Of a stretch of DNA of 64,000 bases, positions 18,039 through 29,101 are shown piece by piece (positions within the stretch are counted from its first letter, which is position 1; the number at the start of each line of letters is the position of its first letter). Source of the stretch: Prorocentrum cordatum. Its lineage: Eukaryota. The position numbers and the translations under genes were made by a program. Under the pieces are notes generated by a model. The model saw nothing but the letters and a program-made list of their open reading frames with translations. It did no database searches and was not told where the DNA came from. The stretch spans positions 1-64,000 of the forward strand of contig CAUYUJ010000104.1 of assembly GCA_963575745.1 (NCBI GenBank). Direction: 5' to 3'.

Positions 18039-18754
18039 AGGAGGAAGAGGAGGAGGAGGAGGAGGAGGAGGAGGAGGAGGAGGAGGAGAAGGAGGAGGAG
18101 AGGAGGAGAGGGAGGAGTGGGAAGGGGAGGAGGAGGAGGAGGGAGGAGGAGGAGGAGGAGGAGGAGGAGGAGTGGAAGGAGGAGGAGGAGGAGGAGCGTC
18201 TCGTCCCGAAGTCGCCACGCACGCGCGGCTGTCGCGCACCGCGCCAGAGGTGCTCGCGCTGCGCCCCGGCAGAGCTATTCATGGGCCTCCCGGGGGAGGC
18301 CCCGAGCGGGTCAGCTGCGCCCCACAATCTCGGGGCAGCGGCCACAGAAACGGCATCTCGGCGCGCCAGGAAGAGGAGCAGGAGGAGGAGAAGGAGGAGG
18401 AAGAGGAGGAGGAAGAGGATGAGGAGGAGGAGGAAGAGAAGGAGGAGGAGGAGGAGATGGCGAGGATAAAGCGGAGGTGGAGGAACTCTTTGTTCTAGGA
18501 CAATCGTCCCACCTTCTCTGCCATCTGCTGCTATTCGGACAGCTGCTAGCCGCAGCGCCGCCCTGCCTGCGAACCAGCCGAAATCCACTCGACCTCTGCC
18601 GAGCAGCCGTCGAGCACGACACCGACATCAGCACGACGCTACCTCACCCGCCGGGTCCCGATGCAGGAAACGCACTGCGCGACTCAGGAGGAGGGGGAGG
18701 GGAGACGGGGGAGGAGGCGGCTCAGAGAGGAAGGGCTCCGGATGGGGCAGCGAC

Positions 18755-18875
18755 CCGATGCTACCATCCAACTCGATCTTCAGGGTCTCCATCAGGGCCT
18801 CGCAGCGCGCCTCCAGCACCGCCCGCGAGGCCTCCGCGTCGCCGGTCTGCATGTCGTCGCACCACGACCCGGCCT
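18755..18875 (-). CDS. Probable isolated host exon (unknown protein)
   Basis: AG|AGSWCDDMQTGDAEASRAVLEARCEALMETLKIELDG with high-GC3 codons, between microsatellite tracts. Confidence 0.4.
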
Positions 18876-19460
18876 CCGCGGCGAGCGGGGGCAGGCGAGG
18901 GAGGAGGAGGAGGAGGAGGAGGAGGAGGAGGAGGAGGAGGACGAGGAGGAGGAGGAGGAGGACGGACCCAGATAGAAGAGCGCGCCGAGTTCGGGTGACT
19001 GGAGGAGGACGAGGAGGAGGAGGAGGAGGAGGAGGAGACGCGACGGGGAGCTCGGCACGGGGCTCGGGGGGTCCAGGGGCCGCTCTCGGGCCCCCGGGGA
19101 GAGGTCCAGAGACGGCTTGCGGGGAGAAGCCGGGCTGGGGATGCGGTCGGGCGTTCCGTGGCCCCCGTCGCGCAGGAAGTCACGTCGCGGGAGACAGGGA
19201 TCGACCCAAGCAGTGTTTTTCGTCTTGGTGTTGCTCTCGTGCTTCCTCGTTTTGTCTCCAACCCACCTTTGCCACCAAGCAGGGTCAAAACGAAAACGGC
19301 CCACGAGAGCGCCACAACACCGTTCAGGTCGACCAATGGTCGGAAGATCTGGAACGAGGGGGGGGGCAAAGGGAGGGGGGGAGAGGGTGCAGGTGCCCTC
19401 GCACCATATCGGACATCCGACCCCATCCGGCCCATCCCTTTTGATAGAAAAAGACAGAAA

Positions 19461-19660
19461 AAAACGCCATAAAACATAAACTTTTGGCGTTCTGCGCAGA
19501 TCTCTTGGATCTGCGCCAGACCCCCCTCCCTGGCGCGCGGAGCGCGCCAGGGGCGGTGCCTCCGGCGCCAGGGGCGGCGCCGGTGCCACCGCCAGGGGGA
19601 CCCTGCGCGGATCCAAGAAATCCGCGCGGAGCGCAAACAGTGTATGTTTATGGCGTTTTG
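19461..19660 (+). mobile_element. MITE-like palindromic family B, copy 1
   Basis: Long imperfect TIRs (aaacgccataaa..ttggcg..cgcggat..cttggatc / gatccaagaaatccgcgcggagcgc..tttatggcgttt) and an internal hairpin cctggcgcgcggagcgcgccagg. Five copies in the window. Confidence 0.75.
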
Positions 19661-20026
19661 TTTTTCTTCGACTTATACCTGCGCGGATTTTCTCTATCCG
19701 TCGACGGGTGTCATAGCGGACCTGGAACCTTCGACAGTACACCTTTTTTCCAAATGTGGGTAGGTACAGTCCGGGAAGAGGGGAGCTGCGCACAAACGGA
19801 GGAGCGAAGCGAAGAGCAGGAAGACCAGAACGAGGAAGTAGACCAGCGGCACGAGGAGGAAGTATGAAGGAAGCAGGAAAGCAGGAACAACAACGAGGAA
19901 GGCAGGAAAGCAAGGAGGAAGTAAGGAGGAAGACAACTACGAAGAAACAGGACAACATAACAAGTGGAACGAGGAAGTACAGCCGCAGCAGGAGGAGAAG
20001 CGGGAGGATCAGGTGGACCACTGGGA

Positions 20027-20181
20027 TTAGGTCGGACGCGTCCTCCTACAAGGGGATTTTGGACAAAACGCTATCGTCAAACCATGTAACTGAAATAATC
20101 CAGAATAGTCGAGAAAGTGTGCCGATACCCATACTATTTCTATATATTATTTTTAAATGTAGAGGGACAGGCCCGACGTAA
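20027..20181 (+). mobile_element. MITE-like family A, copy 1
   Basis: ttaggtcgg..gtcctcctaca ... tgtagagggacaggcccgacgtaa imperfect TIRs around an AT-rich core. Confidence 0.7.
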
Positions 20182-20670
20182 CACTGAGACGGAGCAGCAC
20201 GAACAGGAGGAGCAGGAGCACAAACAGCAGCAGCACAAGCAGGAGCAGTAAGAGGAGGAGGCTCGGGTGGCTCAGCAGGCGGAGGCGAAGTCGGGCACGA
20301 AGGGGAGTCGGGGAAGAACCATGGTGAGGGGGATGACCAGGTTGAGGAGAAGGAGGAGGAGCAGCAGCAGCAGGAGGGAGGCATATCGATGAGGAGTGGC
20401 ATACCCTGATCGGTCCGATTCCCTACCGCCCCTCCCGATCTTCCTTCCCAGAACCCCGTGAAACCCCCTAGAACTGCATCGAACCCCTGCCTCCTCCTCC
20501 TGCACCTCCTCCTCCTCCTCCTCCTCCTCCTCCTCCTCCTCCCGCTTCATCTGCCAGGTTGGGGGTGAAAGTGCCGCTGGGCGGGGTCAGCCGGGCCGCC
20601 CGCAGCCGTCGTCGTTGCCGTCGCCGCTGCCGGCATCGCCGCCGACGCTGGCAACAGAAAGAGGAATAAT

Positions 20671-20845
20671 GTCATCAACATGAACTTTTGATGCTCCGAG
20701 CGGGTTTCTTGGATCCGCGCTGGACCCCCACTCCCTGGCGCGCGGAGCGCGCCAAGGGCGGCGCCGTAGGCGTCGCTGGGGGGGCCAGCGCAGATCCAAG
20801 AAGTCCGCACGGAGCGACAAAGCTTAACGTTTATGGCGTTTTTTT
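20671..20845 (+). mobile_element. MITE-like family B, copy 2
   Basis: Same TIRs and internal cctggcgcgcggagcgcgcca hairpin. Confidence 0.75.
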
Positions 20846-21475
20846 GTTCTCCGGTGCAGCGGAGCCGACGGCGACGGCGGCGGCGGCTTACCCGTATCTT
20901 GAGCAGGGACCGACCGTCCCCGCTTTCCTATAGGCCTACCACGAAATTTTCCCGGAACCTAAATATGTTCTAATAACCAATAATGTGCTTAGAACACAAA
21001 CCCGATGTGCTAAAATAGGGAAGTCCCAGCCAGAAATGTTCTAAGAACATTTCGTGCAAACCACGAAAAAGGTTCTCAGAACATTCTTTGGTAGGCCCAC
21101 AGTCGGACTTGATTGGAGAGGACCAGCGAGAAGACACGAGGCCCTTCCGGGGGCCACATTGCCGTAGGAATGCGAGAGGGCATGGGCCGCGAGGCACAGG
21201 ACACAAGGGTACCCTTGTTTGGGCAGGGTCGACCTACTAATCCAGGCCGACTGTATAGGCGAGCCAGGACGCTTCGCCACTGCTTGCGCATCCCGGCGGC
21301 GCCGGCGGCCAGGGCCTCGAACCAGGAGCCCGGCGGCGGGAGCCGCCGCGCCGCCTCCTCCGCGCCACGGGCAGGGAGGCTCTGCCCCCCGCTTCGTCGT
21401 CGTCGTCGTTCGTCGTCGTCGCCGCCGTCGTCGTCGTCGTCGTCGTCGTCGTTCGTCGTCGTCGTCGTCGCAACC

Positions 21476-21642
21476 TTAGGTCGAGCATGTCCTCCTACAG
21501 GCGGATTTGGGAGGACAACTTAAGCATAAGCAAAACATGCTCGAAAGTGACATCAGAACTAGTCAACAAATCGTCCCCATACTATGTTTGTTGACTATGT
21601 TTGAATACGTATTCCTCGTGTAGAGGGACATGTCCGACTTAA
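21476..21642 (+). mobile_element. MITE-like family A, copy 2
   Basis: ttaggtcgagcatgtcctcctacagg ... tgtagagggacatgtccgacttaa. Confidence 0.8.
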
Positions 21643-22669
21643 TCGTAATCATCGCTGTCGACGCCGTCGCCATCGTCACCGTCGCCGACGACGCCGTCGT
21701 CGTAGCTGCCGCAGCCTTCGCCATCGCGGCCGTCGCTGTCGTCGCTGGCAGAGTCGCCTTTGCCGTCGCCGTTGTTGTCGCCCGGGTCTGGCCGTTGTTG
21801 TCGCCCAGGTCCGGCGGCTTCCGCGGTGGCGTCAACTCGACAAAGGGCCCAAAGTGCCTCGGTACCGTTTTGAACCCTTTTCCCGTGCCGTGGGGCGCAG
21901 TCACCCGGGGAGCACTGCCGCCGACGAAAACAAAAGCTCCGTCGTCGCGTAGGAGGGTGAGGAAGGATACGTAGGATAATGGAGGGTGAGGAGGATGAGG
22001 ATGAGGAGGGAGGGCTAGGAGGATGAGGAGGGAGGACTAGGAGTCTTAGTCCTCCCTCCTTCGCTGCTCTTACTGATGCTGCTGCTGCTGCTGCCCCTCT
22101 TCTGTACGTTATCTTTCTCCTCCCTCGCAGCTGCTGCGATGTGTGCAGAACCTGGATGTAGATTTTGCGAACGGTCGCTTGTCACGCATTGCGCTCGTCG
22201 GGTTGCAACTTCTTGCGCCCGGCGTCGGAATCGGTAACTACGCCGATCGCTGCTCTTCTGCATCCCATACCACGAAGCCTAAGTCCGTCGCTCTGCGTCG
22301 TGCCTGGAAGAACATGCGACATATGTATAAATGTGTAGGCGTGGGTAAGAGCGTGCGCGTGCAACATCGGGCACGCAGGAACGTCTCTCAGCGAGCAAAT
22401 AGCAGAGAACATCGGGCGGAACGTGCCGCTCGGCGAGAACGACTTCGCAAAACCACGAAGAACCCGTTGACAAACTGCCCGAAGGCACCCGCTGTCTGGC
22501 CGCCGATCTCATGCAAAGCTGCACCTCGTAATCCGTGTTCAGAGAAGCTGCTCCCAATAGTGCCGATCGAAAGCTTCTAACGAAAAGAGCCTGTTGACCA
22601 ACATCTCCCACTCCCCCCCTGGTCCTTCTCCTCATCCTCCTCATGCTCGTCATTTCCCCTCCTCCAACA

Positions 22670-22860
22670 TTAGAGGCCTCCTAGATGGGGTCGGAGTAGA
22701 TGGGATCGGAGGATCGCGCCGCATCGACGACATGGACGATGCATCGGCGACGTCGACGTAAAGCAAATCGGGCTCCACATCGAGCCACATGGGCGAGCAT
22801 CGGCGACGCGGCGCGATCCTCCGACCCAATCTACTCCGACCACTGTCCGGGAGGCGTAGA
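22670..22860 (+). repeat. Palindromic dispersed repeat family D, copy 1
   Basis: gaggatcgcgccgcatcg..gatgcatcggcgacgtcgacgta..aaatcgggctccacatcgagcc..gcggcgcgatcctc. Second copy at ~42105-42340. Confidence 0.75.
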
Positions 22861-23806
22861 TCCTGTCCCTACCTCCAAAACATCCTCCCACTCCCCTCGT
22901 TCCGTCTTCGACGCAGCCCCCTCTCCTGAGCGGCCATCCTTTGTCGCGGGTCAAGGTGCACCAGGTCGAGCACCTCGCGCGGCTGACGGAGCCAGCCGAG
23001 AGGGGGACGCCGTCGCGGATCCCTTTGTCGGAGGGAGGGGAGCGGGAGGAAAAAGCAGGGGAAATTCTGTGGCAACTCGTGGGAGCCTCCTATACCACCC
23101 TGCTCTTGCAAACCGACGCTAGTCGACGCAAGATCGAATCTAGTCGACGCTAATCGAGGATAATCGACGCTAAATCGGCGCGATCTCATCGATTACCAGA
23201 CGCTGAACGACGACAGTGCACTCTAAAGACAGAAGTATGAGGGTACACAAGGCTCCCAGGATTAGCTGCCGACGAGAAGGGGATAGGGCAGAGATGGACA
23301 GAGGACAAGAGGCCCTCGAGAGGCAACACTCGGTGATCCTGCTTTTGCAAAAATGCATGCTGTGCGCCCTTCGCTTCTGGGGCTCCAAAAAGACGAAGAC
23401 GGTCATGGGGGGCCTGGAAGATCGCCCCAAGACGGCACACATGGCCCCACAGGAAGTCCCAAGCCGGCCCAAGAGGGCCCCAAGACAGATAGAGGACTCC
23501 AGGATGGCTTCAGATTGGATGGAACGAGATCGGAATTCAGATAAACGCACATTCAAACCGAGCGGTGGACTGGCGCGGGTGGTGATCTCAGTCCAAGACC
23601 GTCCGGAGACGGCCCAACGAGTCCCTCAAGACTACAACATCTCCACAGGATGCCGCAAGAATGTTCCCATAGATACCCGAAGAGGCACCTGGCGAGGCCC
23701 TCAGAGGAGAGAGGCGCTGAAAACCAAAAAAAGGAACTCAATGTGTTTCGCTCCCGAGGACTCTCGGTCTCAGATCGCCTCAGGGAAAATCGGGAGGCAC
23801 CGAGAG

Positions 23807-23930
23807 CTAGGCCAGGCATGTCCTCCTACAGGCAGGTTTTGGATGAAAAATAAAACGTATTCGAACAATCGTCCCCAGCAGATATTTGTCCAATGATTGA
23901 CTATTCCTCCTGAAGGACATGCCCGACTTA
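23807..23930 (+). mobile_element. MITE-like family A, copy 3 (shortened)
   Basis: ctaggccaggcatgtcctcctacagg ... cctgaaggacatgcccgactta. Confidence 0.7.
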
Positions 23931-24041
23931 CCCCGAGAGGCCCCCGATGCTGCCCAGCACTGGCCCAAGGGCAGCCCCCCCCCAGAGATGGGCCCAGAGT
24001 CTGCGGCTCGACGACCGAAGGAGTGAGGTCGAGGTCAAGAC

Positions 24042-24193
24042 TTAGGTCGGGCATGTCTTCCTACATGCGGATGTTGGAGAAACAGTGGCCAAAAATGCTC
24101 GCAACTACTCAAACATAGTCAAGAAATGGTCCTCAAAATCATTTGTGGATTATTTTTGAATACCCCTCCTGTAGAAGGACATGCCGGACTTGA
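24042..24193 (+). mobile_element. MITE-like family A, copy 4
   Basis: ttaggtcgggcatgtcttcctaca ... cctgtagaaggacatgccggacttga. Confidence 0.8.
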
Positions 24194-24711
24194 GTCAAGA
24201 CCCGTGTGAGTTCGCACGCCGCGCTCAACTGGCGGGGGTATTGAGCCCCGCCTCCCTACCCTCCCCCCCCCCCCCGCCACCCCTCCCCCCCACCACCCCT
24301 CCCCGGCCCACCCTGTGGAGAGGGGGGCCAGGGGTGGAGGGCCCCACCGTGCAGGGAGGGCACTTAAGACCCATCCCCCTCCAACCCCTCTCCCCCAACT
24401 CTCCCCTGGCGCACGAGGGGAACCAGGGAAACTTGGTAGTCCCCAAACGTGGCGGTGACAACACCCGGCGGTGAGCCTCGGGCGACTTGGTGTCACCACC
24501 CGGTTTGGGGACTCGTGTGGTTGATCGAGGTTGTCCCAAACGCTGGTGGGCCCAGGAGTCACAAAACCTGGCGGTGACCCCGTGTTCCAAAACGCGGCGG
24601 TGACTTTTTGGATTCCAGGTCACCACCTGATATCTCACCACCTGGCTTGGGGGCTCCCCAAAAGCTCAAGACCACCCCCCCGCCTCCCCCCCGTGGTCAA
24701 GGGGACAAGGG

Positions 24712-24868
24712 TTAGGTCGGGCATGTCCCCCTACAGGCGGATGCTGGAAGACAAATAGGGAGGAATCAAACCGTGCTCAAACATAATCATAAAATCATAG
24801 AAAAATCGTCCCCAGACTATCTTTGAATTATTTTTGAATAATCCTCCTGTAGAGGGACAGGCCTTTAA
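24712..24868 (+). mobile_element. MITE-like family A, copy 5
   Basis: ttaggtcgggcatgtccccctacagg ... cctgtagagggacaggcctttaa. Confidence 0.75.
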
Positions 24869-25094
24869 GACAAGGGGACCAACCTCTCTGGGGGGGGTGC
24901 CAGCGGGGGGGTCCCCGGGGGAGCTCCCGCACTCAGGGTCGGCGGCACAAGCCGCAACGCCGCAAGGCCTTCACGCTGTTCTCGGCGAGGGTGCAACCTT
25001 TCCTGCTTCTCGACGGACTCGCCTGTCTTTCCTCCAAGAGGGGGCGAGGGAGGGAGGGGACGAAGGGGGAATGCAACGGCAAGGGCAATCATAG

Positions 25095-25285
25095 AAAACA
25101 CAAAACATATGACCCTAAGCCTCTGGCGCTCCGCGCGGATGTCTTGGATCCGCGCTGGACCCCCATCCCTGGCGCGCGGAGCGCGCCAGGGGCGGCAGCC
25201 TGAGGCGCCTCCGGGGGGGCTCCAAGCGCGAATCCGAGAAATCCGCGCTGAGCGCCAACAGTCTATGTTTAGGCAGTTTTCTCTT
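25095..25285 (+). mobile_element. MITE-like family B, copy 3
   Basis: tggcgctccgcgcggatgtcttggatccgcgctgg..cctggcgcgcggagcgcgccagg..aaatccgcgctgagcgccaa. Confidence 0.75.
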
Positions 25286-27740
25286 CCTCGAGAGGAGGGG
25301 GAACTGCAACGGCAGGGACAGTCATAGGAGGGAGGGGGACGGGAGAAGACTGGAGGAAGGAAGGGGGGGCAATAAGAGGACGGGAATGTACACATGTTTA
25401 TGCCGCTTTTCCTTCTTCCGCCAAGGGGACGCGAGGAGATACCCTCCGAAGGCCCCCCCCTGCCGGGCACCACCGCAGCCAGTGCCGGCATCGGCGGCGG
25501 CGACGGCCGCGACCAGCGTGCCCTGCCGCGCATGGCCGCTGCACGTCCTCCCCCAACTCGGGCCTGCCGCTCGTCCAGCTCTTGCCCATCCTCCTTCTCC
25601 TCCTCCTCCTCCTCCTCCTCCTCTTTCCCCCCCTCCTCCTCCCTGTCCCCCTCCTCGCCCACCTCCTCCTCCTCCCCGTCTTCCTCCCGCTCCCACTCCC
25701 GCTCCTCCAGCTCCTCCTCCAGCTCCTCTTCCTCCTCCAGCTTACTTCCCTCCTCCTGATCCTCCTCCTCCTCCTTCCCCCTCCTCCTCCGCCACCTCCT
25801 CCATGCCGTCTGTCGCACGCCGAGGCCGGTCTCGAAAGGGCGGTACGGGCGTCTGGCTCTGAGATTTCCTGTACCGGTCGTGGCCCCGGTTCTCAAACAT
25901 GGACAGGAGCTTCGCTGATGAGGAGGGCGGGCCGTCTCCAAAAGTGTGGCTCTCGCCTGAGCGCCGCGCGCATTCGTTTTCAACTGTTCTAATGTCTTTC
26001 TTGGCTCGATGTTTTATTGGCTCGGTTTTAATCGAGGGCGGCTCGATCTTTTATGTGGCTCTCGCCTTGCCACCGCGCACATTCGTTCGAACACCTTGCA
26101 AGAACGTCACGGACTGAGGTCGGGCCGTTTTCAGAATGCGGTTTTCGCCGAAGCGCCGCGCACATTCTTTTGAAACATTCGCAAGAGCTTCACTGGTTCT
26201 CATCGTTAGCAAACCAAAGATGGCGTTTTGGATCGATTCTGGATAGTCAGGGCGCAACAATTGCGTTGATTCGCAGTGTTGAAGTCCCAGATTTGGTGTT
26301 CTGGCACGATTCAGGATCGCCAAGACGTAACGAACAATTCAACTCGTGGCGGAACTCGCTTCAAGATATTCACACGGTTGTCCCCAAACGGGGCACTCCC
26401 CTCAGTGGGAATGACCCCTTGTAGGGGCCTATGAAGGAGGCTCTCGGAGGGAGCATGTATTTCAACATCGTGAGTCTTGGGTTTACACTGGTCCTCCTCC
26501 CTCGCCTCCGCCTCCTCCTCCTCCGCCTCCTCCTCCTCCTCCTCCTTCTCCCTGTCCCCTTCATACTCCTACTCCTCCTCCAGCTCATCCTCCTCCTTGT
26601 CCTCCTCTTCCAGCTGCTCCTCCTCCTCCTTCTCCTCCTTCTCATCCTCCTCCTCCGCCTCCTGTTTTTCCAACTCCTCCTCCTCCTCCTCCTCCTTCTC
26701 CTTCTCCTCCTCCTCTTCCGCCTCCTGCCCCTCTTCCCTCCTCCTACCGAGTGTCACAAGACTGATCGCTGATTGCCACACGAATGTGCATACGGTTCAT
26801 CTCCTTGAGCCGTGGATGCACGTAATTAAGTTGCCCAGAGTAACCAAAAAAAAAAAAACGTGCGCTCGCAATGCGAACGTGCTCGCTGACACGGCGAGTA
26901 CCTGTGGCGCGGGAAATGTCACAAACCTCTTTGTTGGCTCTGTGCGCACTTAGCGCGTCGGCAGTGTCTTCAGAGTGCCGCGCATTCAAGAGTGCTCCTA
27001 CGCTTTCAAGATTGTTGCCTGGCTGCGCTCTCCAGATGGCTGCGTGGCCCGGCGAAGGCTCGCGCCAGAGCGTGTCCCCAGATCCTCTTGGCTTGGCTCT
27101 CCTCTTCTCCCCTCCCGTTCCCCTCCCTCCCTCCCTCTCTGCTCGCTCCTCGTCCCCGCCTCCTCCCCTCCATCCTCGCTCCAGTGCCCTCCTCGCTTCC
27201 CTCGGCTCGGCTCCTCTCGCCCCTCCTCTCTCCGCGCTCCTCCCCTCATCGAGTCCGCGGGCCCTGCCCCGCCTCGGGCGCGCGGATGCGGATGGCCGAC
27301 CCCTCGGCAAAAAAACCCGCCCCGGGTCGACGAGGCCGGACAGTCCACGGCCCCTCCCTCCCCTCCGGCTCGAGGCCCCAAACCCGCCTCCGGCTCGAGG
27401 CGACGGGCCCTCCCCCCGCCGTGCTCCCGAGCGCCCGCGCGCCCGGCGCCGGCCGCGCGCGTGGCAGGCAGGCGTCGCGGCTGCGCGACGCCCTGCGCTG
27501 CCAGTGCACCGCAGGAGCGCCTCCAGTGAATGTCAGAGGCCCACCGTGGCCGTGTGTCTGGCAGTCGTCCCCTGGGCGGCCTTGCCACACCTCCCTCCGC
27601 CTCGCTTCCTAGCATCCTCCTCCTCCTCCTCCTCCTCCTCCTCCTCCTCCTCCTCCTCCACCACCACCACCACCACCACCTCCTCCTCCTCCTCCTCCTC
27701 CTCCTCCTCCTCCCCCTCCTCCTCCTCCTCCTCCTCCTCC

Positions 27741-27749
27741 TGGCTCAAG
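27741..27749 (+). other. Truncated DinoSL relic at the LINE 5' junction
   Basis: TGGCTCAAG equals the last 9 nt of DinoSL and sits exactly at the microsatellite/element boundary. Confidence 0.7.
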
Positions 27750-27943
27750 ACCTGAGCACACCGCGGGAGGTGCAGGTCTCAGCATTGCCATCCAGGGCAG
27801 GCCCTGGGTGCTGGGGCCCAAGCTTGTTTGCTCTGCCCCCGTGCCGCCTGGTCAGCCCCAGGCAGAGGCACAATCACGACCCGCATCAGTGCTGCCATAG
27901 GGCCTCTCGTGTGCGTGCGCCAGCGCGCCGCCATCATCAGAAG

Positions 27944-29101
27944 ATGCCCGCCCAGCAGCAGAAGAAGTACATGGTCTGCTCGAAGCGAGGTTGCAAGGGC
28001 TGGGCTTGGTGCGCGACGAATTCTCGTCATTGCATGCAGTGTGGCAGCCGTTTCAAGCAGGGCGGGGATCATGGTCCCCCAGCTAGACCCCAAGGCGGTG
28101 GAGGTGGCCCCCAGGATGTTCGGCCTGACGTCGAGGAGGAGCCCGCCAAGCCAGGACGCTGGAGGAAAGGCTCCCGCGGTCCAGAGCGCCCACCAGGCCT
28201 GGGGCGCGGAGGCGGCCGAGTGGTCACCTTCGAGGATGCAGTTCCCGCTGACGACCCAGTCGCCCTGGCCCAAGCTCAAGTCACCTTCTGGAAAAAGTGG
28301 AAGCCAGATGGAGAGGAGCACAAGGCGGCGCTGGGCAAGCTCAAGTTCGCCAAGGCGCAGGCGCTATCAGCCAAGAGCCTGGAGCAGCAAGCACAATCCC
28401 TGTCAGATCAACTCCAGGTGCTGCGCCAGAGGTTGCAGTCGCAGAAGCAGGAGGCCAGCGAGCTGGTCACTACTATTGTCGAGGCAAGTGAATATCACGG
28501 CAAGCTGGTCGAGGAGATCGAAGCTAATCCAAAAGAAGTGCAAACGCTGGAGACACAGCTCAATGCGGCCACCCAGGCGGCTGCGTACGAGGCATCCAAA
28601 GCTGAAGATTTGCTCACCACCATTCAAGGAGTTATATCCGCCAGAATGCCACAAGGAGGACTGGCCCCACCTGAACTACGAGATAAAGTATCGGAGCTGG
28701 CCGCCATGTTCGACACCTTGCAGCAGCAACATGTCGCATCCCAGGCCTCGGGCGCACCAGCAGGTGGCGGCCCGCCTGCGGAGGCGGCCCAGCGCGGGGT
28801 CATCGACGGCTTCCCTGCAGTTGGAGAGAGCCCTGATGACGGCCAGGCAAGTCAGACGCCCGTGCCCATCCCAGGCCAGCACGTCCCCACTCCCGCCGAC
28901 GACAAGGAGCTGGAGTCCATGGCAGAGGAGCAGGCCATGGACACGTCTGAAGGCCGCCGCCGTGCGGCTGCTGCGCTATCCGAGGTCGCCCAGGGCATGG
29001 CCAAGATCCAGAGTGAGTCAGGCCCCGAGACCAAGAGGGTCAAGGCGGCAGCCGAGGCTGCGTCTCTCGCGGCCACCCAGGGCCAGAAGCCGCCAGGGTA
29101 A
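27944..29101 (+). CDS. LINE ORF1 (N-terminal Cys4 zinc finger plus coiled coil), 385 aa
   Basis: MPAQQQKKYMVCSKRGCKGWAW..CMQCG, heptad-rich middle (LEQQAQSLSDQLQVLRQRLQSQKQE), stop TAA 29099-29101. Confidence 0.8.
   Translation: MPAQQQKKYMVCSKRGCKGWAWCATNSRHCMQCGSRFKQGGDHGPPARPQGGGGGPQDVRPDVEEEPAKPGRWRKGSRGPERPPGLGRGGGRVVTFEDAVPADDPVALAQAQVTFWKKWKPDGEEHKAALGKLKFAKAQALSAKSLEQQAQSLSDQLQVLRQRLQSQKQEASELVTTIVEASEYHGKLVEEIEANPKEVQTLETQLNAATQAAAYEASKAEDLLTTIQGVISARMPQGGLAPPELRDKVSELAAMFDTLQQQHVASQASGAPAGGGPPAEAAQRGVIDGFPAVGESPDDGQASQTPVPIPGQHVPTPADDKELESMAEEQAMDTSEGRRRAAAALSEVAQGMAKIQSESGPETKRVKAAAEAASLAATQGQKPPG

Noticed and set aside
27530..27943. Signal-peptide-like poly-L/H extension of LINE ORF1
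   Set aside because: It derives from the flanking (TCC)n/(ACC)n tract and the 5' UTR. The first ATG after the SL relic in this frame is at 27944.
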